A stretch of 64,000 bases of DNA from Paraspadella gotoi. Taxonomy: Eukaryota > Animalia > Chaetognatha. The stretch covers positions 23,646,257 to 23,710,256 of the forward strand of contig CM119267.1 in assembly GCA_051294375.1 (NCBI GenBank). Reading direction: 5' to 3'. The translations under genes and the position numbers were made by a program. Positions 1 through 11,734 of this stretch are shown here, in pieces (within the stretch, counting starts at the first letter, position 1; every line of letters begins with the position of its first letter). A model generated the notes under the pieces. It saw nothing but the letters and a program-made list of their open reading frames with translations, was not told the DNA's origin and did not search any database.

Positions 1-148
<148 letters not shown>

Positions 149-456
149 CCTTTCTCTTTATTTTTAATGGTTTAGACTTTAGTATTAATTTCTTCCATGG
201 TGTCATCGTTTGCAGAAACGATTGAACGAGAGAGCGAGAGAGCGAGAGAGAAAGAGAGAGAGAAAGAAAGAGAGAAAGAGAGAGAGAAATAGAGAGAGAG
301 AAAGAGAGAGAGAGAAACCTATTTGGAGGATGGAAATGTTTTTACTATTCTTCTCAAAACAAGGAACACGAAATCAGAAAAGAAAAAAAATTCTTGTTAC
401 GGAATTTCGTGATTAAACCGACTTTTTTTTTGGGCGAAGCAATTCATCCATGAAAA

Positions 457-542
<86 letters not shown>

Positions 543-959
543 TCTCTCTTTTCATGCCGTTTGAAGATAGAGAGGACCCATGAAGACTAATCAAGCGTAG
601 ATGATTGCATTAAGCATGACCGAACAAGGGGCGGTCCGTGGGGAGAGAGAGAGAGAATGGGAGAGGGAGAGGGGGAGGGAGAGAGAGAGAGAGGGGGAGG
701 GATATAGAGGGGATAGAGCGAGGTAGAGAGGAAAGAAGAGAGAATAAAGAGGAAAAAAGTGAGGATAAGAGAAGAAAAAGGCGGATAGAATAGACGTACG
801 TATAATACGTACGTATTACTATTATAGCATTTTTTCATCTGTGATTATAGAAAAAAAAGTTATGTAAATGTATAAGAGCGTCGACATAAATATACATGTA
901 ATTTTTGTAAATCGCTTTCAAGGGCTTAAACTGAACTGTTACTGCGGTATTAATAATAT

Positions 960-1159
960 GTTTTTTAACTTGTATCTTTTTTTTAATTTGTATCATTTGT
1001 ATCATTGTTTTTATCTTTTTTTAAATTTGTATCATTGTTTTAATTTACATCATTCTTTTCACTTGTATATTTTTTTAATTTGCATAATTTTTGTTAATTT
1101 GCATCATTGTTTTTAACTTGCATCATTTTTTTCTCTTGCAAATTTTTTTTTAACTTGCA
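960..1159. repeat. Degenerate ~20-bp minisatellite (TTTTTAAYTTGYATCATT-like)
   Basis: About ten imperfect tandem units visible by eye. Confidence 0.75.
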
Positions 1160-1256
1160 TGTGGATAAGGTGCTGCGTGAGCTAAAGATGACTGTCTGTA
1201 ACTTCTATAACCCCCTCTAGCAGCCATAAGGCTTGGAACCAGGCTTGAGGGTTTTG
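1160..1256 (-). mobile_element. 3' fragment of the TGT...ACA tRNA-Met-bearing element family
   Basis: Minus strand reads AAAACCCTCAAGCCTGGTTCCAAGCC...CAGCACCTTATCCACA, matching the 3' half and ACA end of copies at 17326 and 51697. Confidence 0.7.
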
Positions 1257-3294
1257 TATAATACTCTCTCTTAGCTTTTAGACGATATTTTAATCTTTTT
1301 GAAATTCTTTAATATACTGCTTTTTGGAAATACTCATTTATAGTATAATAATGCTTCTGGCAAGGTGTACATTGCATTTTGGTTTAAAATAATTTGAAGT
1401 AAGCAGGTAAGGTTCGGGTAACTTACTGTTTTGGTTTAATTTTTACTAAAACTTATTTTTATCAAAAAAATTATTAATAATATTATCATATAATTAAGTT
1501 AATCATGTAAGATTTCGGAATACATAATAAAAGGGTCAAAACGGTAAGAAATACATAAAGTATTTGACGATTAAGGCGTAAATGATTTGAAAACATCCAC
1601 AACGCCCTGTCGTTGTTTAAAATTTGTTATTGTTTTACTGCATATGAAAGTAAAAAGACAGAAAAATATTTTGGCACCCATTTTATTATTGTATCTCAAA
1701 TCGTTCAAACAAATAATACAAATAATATATAGTATGAGTTGGTCAGAAGAACAGATGGACTTCTAAAACTCTCTAATAACGAGAGTTCATAAATTGGCCT
1801 ATAATTAAGGCGAGATATTGATTTATTTCTGCTTCTTTGTGTACCAAGCAAAGAAAACAGAAAAATAAACTTTGTACTTTGAATATGATTCGGTGAAAAA
1901 TTTTGCATCACAGCATGAACAAGTTTTGTGCTTATCAAGAGCATCATTTACAAATCTATATTAAATTTTTATTAAAATAATTAAATCCTACCTAGTGTAA
2001 TAATTTTGAAATAAAAATTACATTGCAAAAGGCCACAATGTTAAAGATTAACATTTATTTCAAATTACTGCAATATGCAAATGAGATTGAAGTAACTTTG
2101 GATACAATACTTTTAATGCATGAATTAAAAGCACCGGTAACTTTTTGCATGAAAAAAAATTTTAAAACAATTTTTTTAAAAATTATTTTCTAAATTCTAT
2201 CATATATAGTGGGTGTTAGGAGAGTGATTTGATTGATTTGAGTGATTTTATTTTATTTTATTTATTATACATATTCCTTTGTTTCTTAAAAAAGAACAAG
2301 ATATCTGGTGAAAAATTTTTAAACCTTAATCAAAAGTGCTATCTTGTCTTACTGAATGCTCTTTTGTTTGGGGAGTCCTCTAGTCAATAAAGTATAAAAT
2401 ATATAAAAAAATTAATTTGAATGTTATTTTGTTTCAAAAAAAAGAACAAGACCTGTGGAGAAGTGTTCTTTTGTCCTAAAAAAATTTTCTTTATTTATGG
2501 TGCCTTGGGAAAAATATGTTAAAAATATACAAATGTGCTATTTTGTGTAAAGCGATGCAAGTGAAGAATAGGTGAGTGCAGATAAAAGAGCAAATCTCTA
2601 TAGAAATCAATAGGAATCTGAACCAAAATGCTGTTAGTAAGAAATGAATAAAAGGCTAGTAGAAAAGGGGAGAGGATGGGGAAAAAAAATGACGGACAAA
2701 AAAAAAAGAAAAAAAAAGACCGAAATTCAAGGGTAAATTAAATCGCTGAAGCGATTTACAATTAAAGAAAAAGTAGGAGAAATTAAAAAGCAAAGAAAAG
2801 AGGTTTGGTAAGGAATGGTAAGGACGAAAAAAGGTAGAGTCAAATTTCGGCGGCCAATCATCTCTTCCACCTTTCCATCCAAAGACAAAAATCCAAGATG
2901 TTTTCATATTTTGGATCATTTTTCTTTCTTTCTTTATTTCTTTGTTTCTTTGTTTTTTTCTTTCTTTCTTTCTTTCTTTAATTCTTTCTTTTTTCTTTCT
3001 TTCTTTCATTCTTTCTTTCATTCTTTCTTTCTTTCTATCTTTCTTTCTTTCTATCTTTCTTTCTTTCTTTCTATCTTTCTTTCCATCTTTCTTTCCATCT
3101 TTCTTTCTTTCTTTCTTTTCTCTCCATATATTTTTTTCTTTTCCCTTTCCGTTCGCCCGAAAAAAAACGAAAAAAAAAAACGCAAGAAATATCGTTCTTG
3201 TTTCGGAATTTGAGTTCGGTTCGTGTCCAAATGTCCAAATGTCCGAACGTCCGTATGGACTTTTTTTTTTAGTCGCGATAATGGAGAAGCAGTT

Positions 3295-3470
3295 TGCGGG
3301 TGAGCGAGTGGCCGAGTGCGCGCAGTGGCGTGCAGTGGCGAGTGGCGAGTGGAGTGCGAAGTGGTCGAGATGGCGAGTGGGAGTGTGCGAGTGCAGCGAG
3401 TGGCGAGTTGCGAGCACGAGCGAGTAGCAGCAGTAACGCGTAGCGAGTAGTGTCGAATGAGTAGCGACGT
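3295..3470. repeat. Degenerate (GCGAGTG)n heptamer array
   Basis: Repeated gcgagtg/gcgagta units. Confidence 0.75.
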
Positions 3471-3538
3471 GGAGAGAGCAATAAAGGCGTTGATCGAAGA
3501 AATCGGGGGGCCAGATTTAAAGTTGAAACGAAATAAAG

Positions 3539-3652
3539 ACAGGGATAATTATTTGTTAAACAAACAAATGAAATGGAAACAGGAATAATTATTTGTTAAA
3601 ATAACAAATAAAATGGAGACAGGGATAATTATTAGTTAAACAAACAAATAAA
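3539..3652. repeat. ~40-bp tandem repeat, 3 copies
   Basis: ACAGGGATAATTATTTGTTAAACAAACAAATRAAATGGA repeated three times. Confidence 0.85.
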
Positions 3653-4061
3653 GCGACGAAAATAAAATTTATTGTGAGAAACAATAAACTTATGAAGGAA
3701 TTAGGCGTTGGTTTCTAAGAATAAATCCGTGTAAAACTTGTAAAACTTAGAATGTAAAAAGTAATGTACAAATATGTCTTGTCTCATTCTCTCCTTTCTT
3801 TTAATTCCTATTTTCCTCGACTCTGCCAAACCTTTTATTGATTCCCAATGTTTATTTCTAAAGCTAGGGCCAATCTTTGTCAATGGGGTGCGTCAAAAGT
3901 TTGATTTGGGAACCTTCCCAAATGAAACTTCATACATTTCTGAGAAAACTTTCAATGGACCAAAATTTTCTAAAATGGCTAGAAGCACTAGTAATTATTT
4001 TTTTACTATTTATTTATAGATAGAAAATGTTAAAAAAAGTTGTCTACATAAAATATAATTC

Positions 4062-4282
4062 TTTTTTCAATATTTTGCTGATAAGTGGGTTAAAATTGGG
4101 AGAAACCTTAAAAAAATTTTATTATCCGATGATTTTAGCAGTTTTTAATAAGTTTTAGTAAGAAAACATCAAAATTTTAAAGTTGTAATTATATTTTTTG
4201 CTTAAATTTTTGAGCTCTATCAGAATCAATTAAAAAATGTTAAATACCAAAAAAAATTGTTGGACTTAGCAATATAATAATT
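4062..4282 (+). repeat. Dispersed AT-rich repeat, homologous to ~22560-22842
   Basis: Shared collinear blocks GGTTAAAA..AAACCTTAAAAAA, AAAATTTTAAA, GCTCTATCAGAA..ATTAAAAAA, TGGRCTTAKCAATA. Confidence 0.6.
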
Positions 4283-4748
4283 ACTAATGTTTCGGAACAT
4301 TTTTTCAAAAAAATATTTTAACACAATAATTAATACCAATAATGGATTAGTTTAATGCTGTCCCCATTAAAATTTTGAATTTGGTCGGCTACCGCTACTT
4401 ATATTATATTATATTATATCATAATCAGATTAACTTTTTTAATGTTTGTGCTTTTGATTATTCACTAAATGAGACCAACAAAAAAACTTGTTTTCGCCGA
4501 CGATGAAAATGACGACTGACTCCATTTTCAGTTCACTCTGGTGTCTAAAACTCGCTTCCTTATTGACTACTGTGCTACTGTGCTAACTTTAAACCCGCTA
4601 TGCCTAAACGTTTCACTACAAAATAAAAAAAAGAAAAAAAAAATTCACGCCGTCACTCATCATGATTTTAATGCAGCGAGATACTAACTCTAAGATAGTC
4701 AAGTTGAAATTCAAATGATGTAAACTTTGAGTCTATTTTGTCTTTCAG

Positions 4749-4945
4749 GATAACATTGACACCGTTGCTAAGCGACGACGCCCTGACCGACGCCGCGACC
4801 GACAAGTTTGACGACGAAACCGACGAGAATGCCGACAATGCCGACGTCGACTCCGGCGCGAACAGAAGAAGCGCCGCAACGCCGAAGACTGGGCGGGCCG
4901 CAACGAAAATCGCAACTTCCGGTGCAGAAGCCTCGTTCTCCGTCT
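4749..4945 (+). other. Possible orphan coding exon (acidic, Ala/Asp/Thr-rich)
   Basis: TTTCAG acceptor followed by a GC-rich open frame ITLTPLLSDDALTDAATDKFDDETDENADNADVDSGANRRSAATPK. No convincing donor or partner exons, and the antisense frame is also open. Confidence 0.3.
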
Positions 4946-4952
4946 GGGGGAG

Positions 4953-5008
<56 letters not shown>

Positions 5009-5074
5009 AAAAAATAATAGCGATCAGTAATCATCAGCAACCTCCGAACGCATCCTTGGACAATCCTTTGAAAA

Positions 5075-5375
5075 TTTTCAGCAGCCATCCAACTCATGCT
5101 TGGACATGCAGCAACCTTTATCACATCCTCCAAAACGCAGCATTTTTAGCGGCCATCCAACTGATTCTTGGACGTGCAGCAACCTTAATCACATCCTCTG
5201 ACATGCCACATTTTCAGCAGCCATCCAACTCACGTTTGGGCATGCAGCAAACCTTTTTCCATCCTCCGAAACGCAGCATTTTAACTGATTCTTGGACGTG
5301 CAGCAACCTTAATCACATCCTATGACATGCAGCATTTTCAGCAGCCATCCAACTCACGCTTGGGCATACAGCAGC
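5075..5375. repeat. ~65-70-bp minisatellite, ~4.5 copies
   Basis: Unit TTTTCAGCAGCCATCCAACTCAYGCTTGGRCATGCAGCAACCTTAATCACATCCT repeated in tandem. Confidence 0.9.
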
Positions 5376-5571
5376 CGTCGGCTATCTTGTGTCCTCTGTA
5401 GACAAACTTGTTCGAAGAGCAGTAGTGATTGGACAAGCAGTCGCCGATATCCTCGGCGCAGCAGACGGAGAAGAGCAGTAGGAGCAGCAGCACGATGGAG
5501 CAAGGGCTCATCTTTTATCGTCACTGATGTCACAACTGGTAGGTGGGTGGGATTGTTCGGTCTGTCTCTCT

Positions 5572-5794
5572 TGTAGTCGGGCATTGTAATAATTTCACCC
5601 CGCCTCTAAGCATATTCCCTTTCTTTAGTCGTGACCCGATGTCTCATGGAGTAATCCCATCGGCTCATGACCACCTGCGGGAAACGTAAGGACGGTCGTA
5701 AACCGTAAACCGCCCAGGAACACGTTTCATTGCAGCCGAAGGGGCACGGAAGACAAGGATAGTAGTCTGCAACCCACTTAGCGCCTTATTCACA
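5572..5794 (+). mobile_element. Full-length 223-bp TGT...ACA element with partial tRNA-Met(CAT)-like module (putative solo LTR)
   Basis: Starts TGTAGTCGGGCAT..TTCACCCCGCC. Then GTGACCCGATGTCTCATGGAGTAATCCCATCGGCTCATGACC (T-arm deleted) and GGACGGTCGTAAACCG. Ends AGCGCCTTATTCACA. Collinear with other copies. Confidence 0.75.
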
Positions 5795-6273
5795 AACTTA
5801 CTTGTTTCGTTTAAGAAAGGGATTTAGATTTACCTTTGAGCAGATTTAAAAAGTTGATCTGTTGTTGTTGTTGTTGTTTTTTTTTTGTTTTGTTTTTTTT
5901 TTCGCCGGTACAAATTTTTCAGAGGTTTAAGAGCGATAAATAAACTTATGACGTAGGACAGCAAATTTACAAAAACTAATTATGATGTATAATTTATTTT
6001 AGTCTAGATTATTTATTTATACTTTACTTTATTTATATTTATTTATTACTTTATACTTTAAAAAATTGATCGATTTCGGTTGATAGGGCTGGTAGAATTT
6101 CATTTTACTCTTGTTGAATCGACGCTCATTCATTTGCAAGAATGAGTCACTCGCTTTTGCTCGTTAGGGTGATTAAGTCAGTTATGAGTAGTTTAGTTTC
6201 AGTTAGTGTTCGTTTTAAAGAAAAATAAATATCTAGCAAGAAATAGAAGAGAAGAGAAGAAAAGAGAAAACAC

Positions 6274-6348
<75 letters not shown>

Positions 6349-6761
6349 AGAGAAGAGAGAGAGTGTGTAACCGAAAAATTGAGAGACATATATATCTCAA
6401 TTATTCTCTTACCTTTGTTTTTTTGTTTTTTTTTAATCCCATACAATTTTGTTCTTTAGATGAGACTTATTTCCATATTAATTTATTTTTCCTTCAAATT
6501 TTTATTTGTGCTCTTTCATCTTCAACATAGCGCAACAACCATTACCCGTTACTTCCGCTCGTCGCTTTCCTCGCGACCCGAAAACGAGGCTTCGTGTCGT
6601 TTCCACGAAGTAAATAATCAAAGAAAGAAAGTCCCTTTACCACACTCGTTTAGCCTCTTCGTCAAAAACGTTTTTTTTCTCTATTTTTTTATTATTTTTC
6701 TTTTTTTTTCGCAAAATTTATTTTTCCCTTTTTTTTTTAATTCGAGCTAAGGACGAATAAA

Positions 6762-6875
6762 ATGTATTTTACTCTAATGCTCGCGGCGACGGTGGCGGCG
6801 TTGTCGTCCGTCGACGGGCAACTGACGTGCGGAGCTGCCAAGTGCGACCCCGCTAAAAATCAACTCATGTGCAAG
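6762..6875 (+). CDS. Exon 1 of Cys-rich GPI-anchored Ly6/three-finger-like protein (signal peptide and start of domain 1)
   Basis: ATG at 6762; MYFTLMLAATVAALSSVDG|QLTCGAAKCDPAKNQLMCK; phase-0 donor AAG|GTGATT. Confidence 0.85.
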
Positions 6876-7050
6876 GTGATTGAGAAAAAACCGAAATGGG
6901 GCGGGGCTTAGTTTTTTAATTTATGTTTGCTAATGCTTTGTCTAATGGCAGAGAATTTAGTCGTTTGACGCTGCTATGGCCATCCAGAGTAATACGAAGT
7001 TTCATATTCTGAGAAAAAAAAAATGAGAAAGTCGACTTCATATCTTACAG

Positions 7051-7292
7051 TACGACACGGCCTCTAAAAAGTCTGTCTGCGCCGACATCAATGATTGCGC
7101 CAAAAATTGCGCCGCCGCGACGGCTACATGCTCCTGCTGTGACAAGTTCGTAGATGATAAGTCCTGCAAAACGTACTGGGATGGGGTCAAGATGAACGCA
7201 ACTCAGTTGAAATGTCAAAAGGACGCGAAAACCACGGTCGAATGCACCGGTGTCCCCAAATTTGCGGCAATGTGCGGCCTCAATAAAAAAGG
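7051..7292 (+). CDS. Exon 2 of Cys-rich GPI-anchored protein
   Basis: TCTTACAG acceptor; YDTASKKSVCADINDCAKNCAAATATCSCCDKFVDDKSCKTYWDGVKMNATQLKCQKDAKTTVECTGVPKFAAMCGLNKK; phase-2 donor GG|GTAAGG. Confidence 0.9.
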
Positions 7293-7412
7293 GTAAGGAG
7301 GGTGTTTATTATCATTTATTTTTATTCATAATTTTTTTAACCTATACGTTAATGATTATATAAAGTTGTCAATCTTTGTTCATAGCAAACTTGGTTTCCC
7401 CTCTTTCTAAAG

Positions 7413-7767
7413 CGATCAAATGGGATGCGCCAATTCTGATGGAGTCTGCATCGCCAAGTATGGAAAAGACGGATGCTGCTGCAAGAAGGAAATATGCAAT
7501 GCCAAGATGGCAACGTGCAAGGCGGATCAACCTAAGACCAATACAACCACTTCCATGACCACTGCCAACCCGAGCGGTAACTCCACGGCCGCACCCGTCA
7601 AAACCACCACCAAAGCCGCCGGCAAAAAAACCACCAAAGCCCCCAAAAAAACCACCATGACCACCACAACCACCACCGAAGCCGGCGAGATCGATTCCGC
7701 CGCCTCGACCTTCGCCGCCAACGTTGTCTTCGTCGTCGTCGCCGCCGTCGCCGCCGTCGGGGCTTGA
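7413..7767 (+). CDS. Exon 3 of Cys-rich GPI-anchored protein (CCxxxxCN motif, Thr/Lys mucin stalk, hydrophobic tail); spliced product 236 aa
   Basis: Pyrimidine tract plus AAG acceptor keeps phase. Reads GDQMGCANSDGVCIAKYGKDGCCCKKEICN, then a Thr-rich stalk, then DSAAS and hydrophobic FAANVVFVVVAAVAAVGA*. AATAAA at ~7857. Confidence 0.9.
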
Positions 7768-8487
7768 AGCTGGAGGCGGAGCGATGGGAAGACGGGGTGA
7801 TGGGATTGAGACGGCGAGAGCGATGGGAAGACGGGGTGATGGGAGAAGGAAGAAGAAATAAAGGGGATTTGGACTCGAAAGAGAAAGAAAGAGAAGAGAA
7901 GAGAAGAGAAAGAAACATTTTTTTAGGGACGAAAATAATTTATTTTTTTCTTGAGTTTTATTTTCTATTCGAATCTGAAATAAAAGAGAGAATAAAAAAC
8001 AAAAGACCCAATTTTGATTTTTTTTTTTAATAAGACCTATGGTAGAACTGAAAAATAAACGGAACATTTAAATTAAAATTATGAAGCAATGAAGAGTATC
8101 AAAATACGCGAAAGAGAAATTTTTTTTTTTAGTAATATTCAAATGTCCAGTTAAAAATCAAAATGCCTAAACTGGATCGGAACCACCGACTTACGCAACT
8201 GTTTTCCTGATTTGACTCTACTGGGAATTTAGAGGAGTCGTGACGCTGATTGCATCTAAATTGTGTTTGAAAACATTTGAAAGGATATAAACCCGAAGAT
8301 TAGGAAATACGAACTGGAAAACGTTTTTACCATGAGGAAACTAAATCATAATTACTCGTTTGGCATCGATAGCATTTTAGGTTCGAAATATTTATTAATC
8401 GGATGGATTCAACAGGGGAAGCGAAATCAACAGGAAAAACGAAGCGACTTTTGCGACTCAGAATCGAATGTTCATAATTTGGATTAG

Positions 8488-8541
8488 AGATTTGGTCAGA
8501 GATTTGGTCAGAGATTTGGATCAGAGATTTGGTCAGAGATT
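8488..8541. repeat. 12-bp tandem repeat (AGATTTGGTCAG)
   Basis: About 4.5 units. Confidence 0.85.
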
Positions 8542-8839
8542 TTCCAATTTTGCTTCTTTTTCCTCTCGCACTTTACTAACTGTTAACGACTTAGACGATC
8601 TGCCTTCTCAACGGAATCCAACGCCGCCGACCTCGACAATGACGCCGCTAAGAATGACGCCGATGACGCCGCTAAGAATGACGCCGATGACAACGTTTAC
8701 GAAACCAAGACCGAGCGATCTCGCGCCGCATGCCATTCCTTTGCGTAGGCAACGCCCACAGTTATCCGTGCAGAAACCAACGCCCCAATCTCGAAGGAAA
8801 AATTGATCGATTGATTGATTGGTTTTGATTGAGTGATTG

Positions 8840-9192
8840 CTCTCCTTTCGCAAGGGCGTGCACAATAGTAGACGCCCTCGACTAAGTCCTGGGGCCCAGG
8901 CGCCAAGGTAAGCCATCAAAAAAAACTGTGGATGTGTGGCGGTGTATTCACACCGCCTCACGTCAACCATCTTTCAGCCAAATCCATTGGCTCATAGGGG
9001 GAACACACCATCCCAAGCGTAGTGTTCCATCCACAGTCCTAACGACTTCCCTCTGCGTTGGCAAAGCGAGACCGTCCTAGGGTAACCGCGCCAGTGACAG
9101 GAGGCGTCACTGAGGGTCGGATGCCCCCAAAGCCAACAGTGAGATGCTCCATCCCAATGGGCATCACAGGCAACCCGGCTGTTGCCCTAGAT
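8840..9192. ncRNA. Candidate structured RNA island (unassigned)
   Basis: GC-rich island with about ten complementary stem pairs, including a 10-bp closing stem 8925-8934/9028-9037 followed by T8 on the minus strand. No family recognised. Confidence 0.4.
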
Positions 9193-9331
9193 GCTTTTTA
9201 TTTCAAACGAAAAATCTAAACGTTTAACTCGGATTGAGCTCATGAAAAATTCACATTTTTAATGTTTTTTTTGTGAAAAAACTCAACCTAATCTATTCAT
9301 AATAATATATATATCTATATATATATATTCT

Positions 9332-9385
9332 CGACTGAAGGTGTTATGCTTAGAGGCGGGGTGAACTTTGCTATGCCCGACTACA
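9332..9385 (-). mobile_element. 5' fragment of the TGT...ACA tRNA-Met-bearing element family
   Basis: Minus strand TGTAGTCGGGCATAGCAAAGTTCACCCCGCCTCTAAGCATAACACCTTCAGTCG; same TGTA start as copies at 5572, 34692 and 51474. Confidence 0.75.
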
Positions 9386-9611
9386 AGCTCTCCGTTTCTC
9401 TAATGGGCCCGAGCCAGTGGCAACGCCTCTTTTTATCCCCAGGCGATTACTTACCCCTATCCCTCCTTCGAATCGGCATGCAGCAGCCGTCGTTCATCCT
9501 GACTCCATTGACGATCATTATGTTTTCTGTGCAGAAGTAGTCGGAGTAACAGGAGAATGGATCCTCACCCGCGCAGGAGCTAAAGACTGAGAAGAGGGAG
9601 GGAGGAGGAAT

Positions 9612-9780
9612 AGCAGTGGGGGAGGAAAAGGAGCAGTGGGGGAGGAAAAGGAGCAGTAGGGGAGGAAAAGGAGCATTGGTCAGTTAAGAGAAGATTACAT
9701 TTAAGATTAAAGATTAAATATTAAAGATTAAAGATTAAAGATTAAAGAATAAAGATTAAAAATTTAAGATTACATTAAAA
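9612..9780. repeat. 20-bp tandem repeat x3 followed by (AAGATTA)n
   Basis: AGCAGTGGGGGAGGAAAAGG x3; heptamer array at ~9700-9780. Confidence 0.85.
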
Positions 9781-10335
9781 AGATTTTACACAGATTATAG
9801 TTGGAAAATAATTGTATCGCTAAATTCGTTGTACAATACAAAATTAAACTTACACACGTACGAACCTTAGAACGATTTAATTAACTGAAAAAACCCATTC
9901 GGGGAAACTACTGGGAACCATCAGGGGAGACCTTTGTGCATGCATTAGAGTGTTGTAAAATAAGAAAGGAATTCTTGAGGTTTAAACATTTGAAAATACA
10001 GCCGGTGCAAAAAAAAATAAATAAATAAAAATAATAAAACCTGACAGAAAACAAACCTTTATCGAAAATCGCGGAGCGATATTGTCAATATTATCAATAT
10101 TGTAAATATTATTGAATAATGAAATTTAGTAGTGTTTAATGTGAGTGTGAGCGTGAGTTGTTAAAAAAATTAATGAAAATCCTATCATTAATTTTATGTA
10201 ATGAGGATATCGGCAACTTCTGAAAATCATTTACTAAAAAATAAAAATTTGTTTGACTAACCGCTGACGAAAACGACGACGACGACGACGACTGGGATCG
10301 AGCGAAACTTCATCTGCGACTGACAAAAGAGCAAC

Positions 10336-10404
<69 letters not shown>

Positions 10405-10751
10405 AGGGTTCGGCCTGACACCGTCTTGATCGTCGCAAAACAGCGCCGCTTCACGATTTCCGGCGACCTTAATGATTGTTATTACATCTCTTTTTATACT
10501 AACTTTTTAAAACTTAGACTCCAATGTTAGTTGGCGTTTAGGACCGTTTGGCGATATTAAAAACTTTTTTGTTCGTTTGTAGGTTTGTTTTAAATTTTGA
10601 AAAACTTTGGATAACCGGGTGCGTTAATGTTTACAGTTTATATATTTGATTTACTTTACATCATATTTAATGGATAAATTTAACGATGAAATTAAGCAAT
10701 TACTTCTTTCATGATTCGAAATTATCTTAATACGACTACGAGAAATAGAGA

Positions 10752-10782
<31 letters not shown>

Positions 10783-11144
10783 TATATACAAAGAAATCAT
10801 TATAATTCAGTTAAGAAAAAGGGTCATTCAAATCACCTTCAAAATAGCTCCTGGCGATTCCGTAAATGTATTCACTTTAAACATTTGATGCATTCTACGC
10901 CATTTTATATCGGTTTTAATTATAATATAAAATAAAAGAAACCTATCTGAAGAGTTGCAGGTCAAACAAAAAAGCCAATCCATCTGATATTTTTTATAAA
11001 TTTTTTATTACTGAATTAGAAAAATGTAATAAAGAGACATTTTTAAATTTCAACTTGTATCCTTAAAAAATGAAACGTTTTTAAACTTTAGCCTTGAATT
11101 CTTCCTAACTGGAATGCGTTTATCAAAATTTCTCTCTATTACTA

Positions 11145-11734
11145 GTAGTTAAAAGTTTGATTTGGTCTTTTCATTCCAATAATATAAAAGGAAGTAACAT
11201 AATATTTATTTATTAAAAGATTCTGCTATTTTAGAACATCTTTTTGATTGCACTAATACCTGTCAATTTCCTGACCCAGGGGTTATTTGGGATGAATGTA
11301 AAATATTAGAACAAGAAAATAATAAATTAAAAAGATTGTCCTTAGAAAGTATTCATATTAAAAAGAATAAACTTAAAACAGTAAATAGAAATGAAGGAAA
11401 TTTGAGCACTGAATGGGATAAGGCTCTTAAGGTCACCTTTGAAAAGACAAAAACCATTTGGTTTAAGGTCATCTCAAGCCTATAGAATTCAAAGGCAGAG
11501 AAGAGAAGAAATGGCCAGAGTGAGGAGAATGGATTTTCAGCCAAATAGAAGAGTAGAAACCTTACCTAAAACTGTTTTGTAAATTTTGTGTTATTTTGTT
11601 ATGCACCTTTGAGGGAGACAGAAGTCTCTGAAGATCAGTGCTTATTTAAAAATAAATATTATGTTACTTCCAGAAATAATTTGTTTTCCTTTTATATTAT
11701 TGGCATGAAAAGACCAAATCAAACTTTTAACTAC
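11145..11734. mobile_element. MITE with ~50-bp terminal inverted repeats and TA flanks (Tc1/mariner-type)
   Basis: TA|GTAGTTAAAAGTTTGATTTGGTCTTTTCATTCCAATAATATAAAAGGAA ... TTCCTTTTATATTATTGGCATGAAAAGACCAAATCAAACTTTTAACTAC|TA, plus an extra subterminal IR GAAGTAACATAATATTTATT. No transposase ORF. Confidence 0.85.

Noticed and set aside
3539-5375. Tandem 40-bp and ~67-bp repeats as possible CRISPR arrays
   Set aside because: Units are contiguous without unique spacers, there are no cas genes, and the context is eukaryotic.
8925-9037. 7SK RNA or hammerhead assignment
   Set aside because: GGATG..CATCC resembles 7SK ends but the GATC motifs are missing; CCTATGA..TGAAA does not match the hammerhead core.
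9055-9192. HDV-like ribozyme topology
   Set aside because: The helix order is similar, but the segment that should be the short P3/L3 is ~45 nt and the conserved core nucleotides are not evident.
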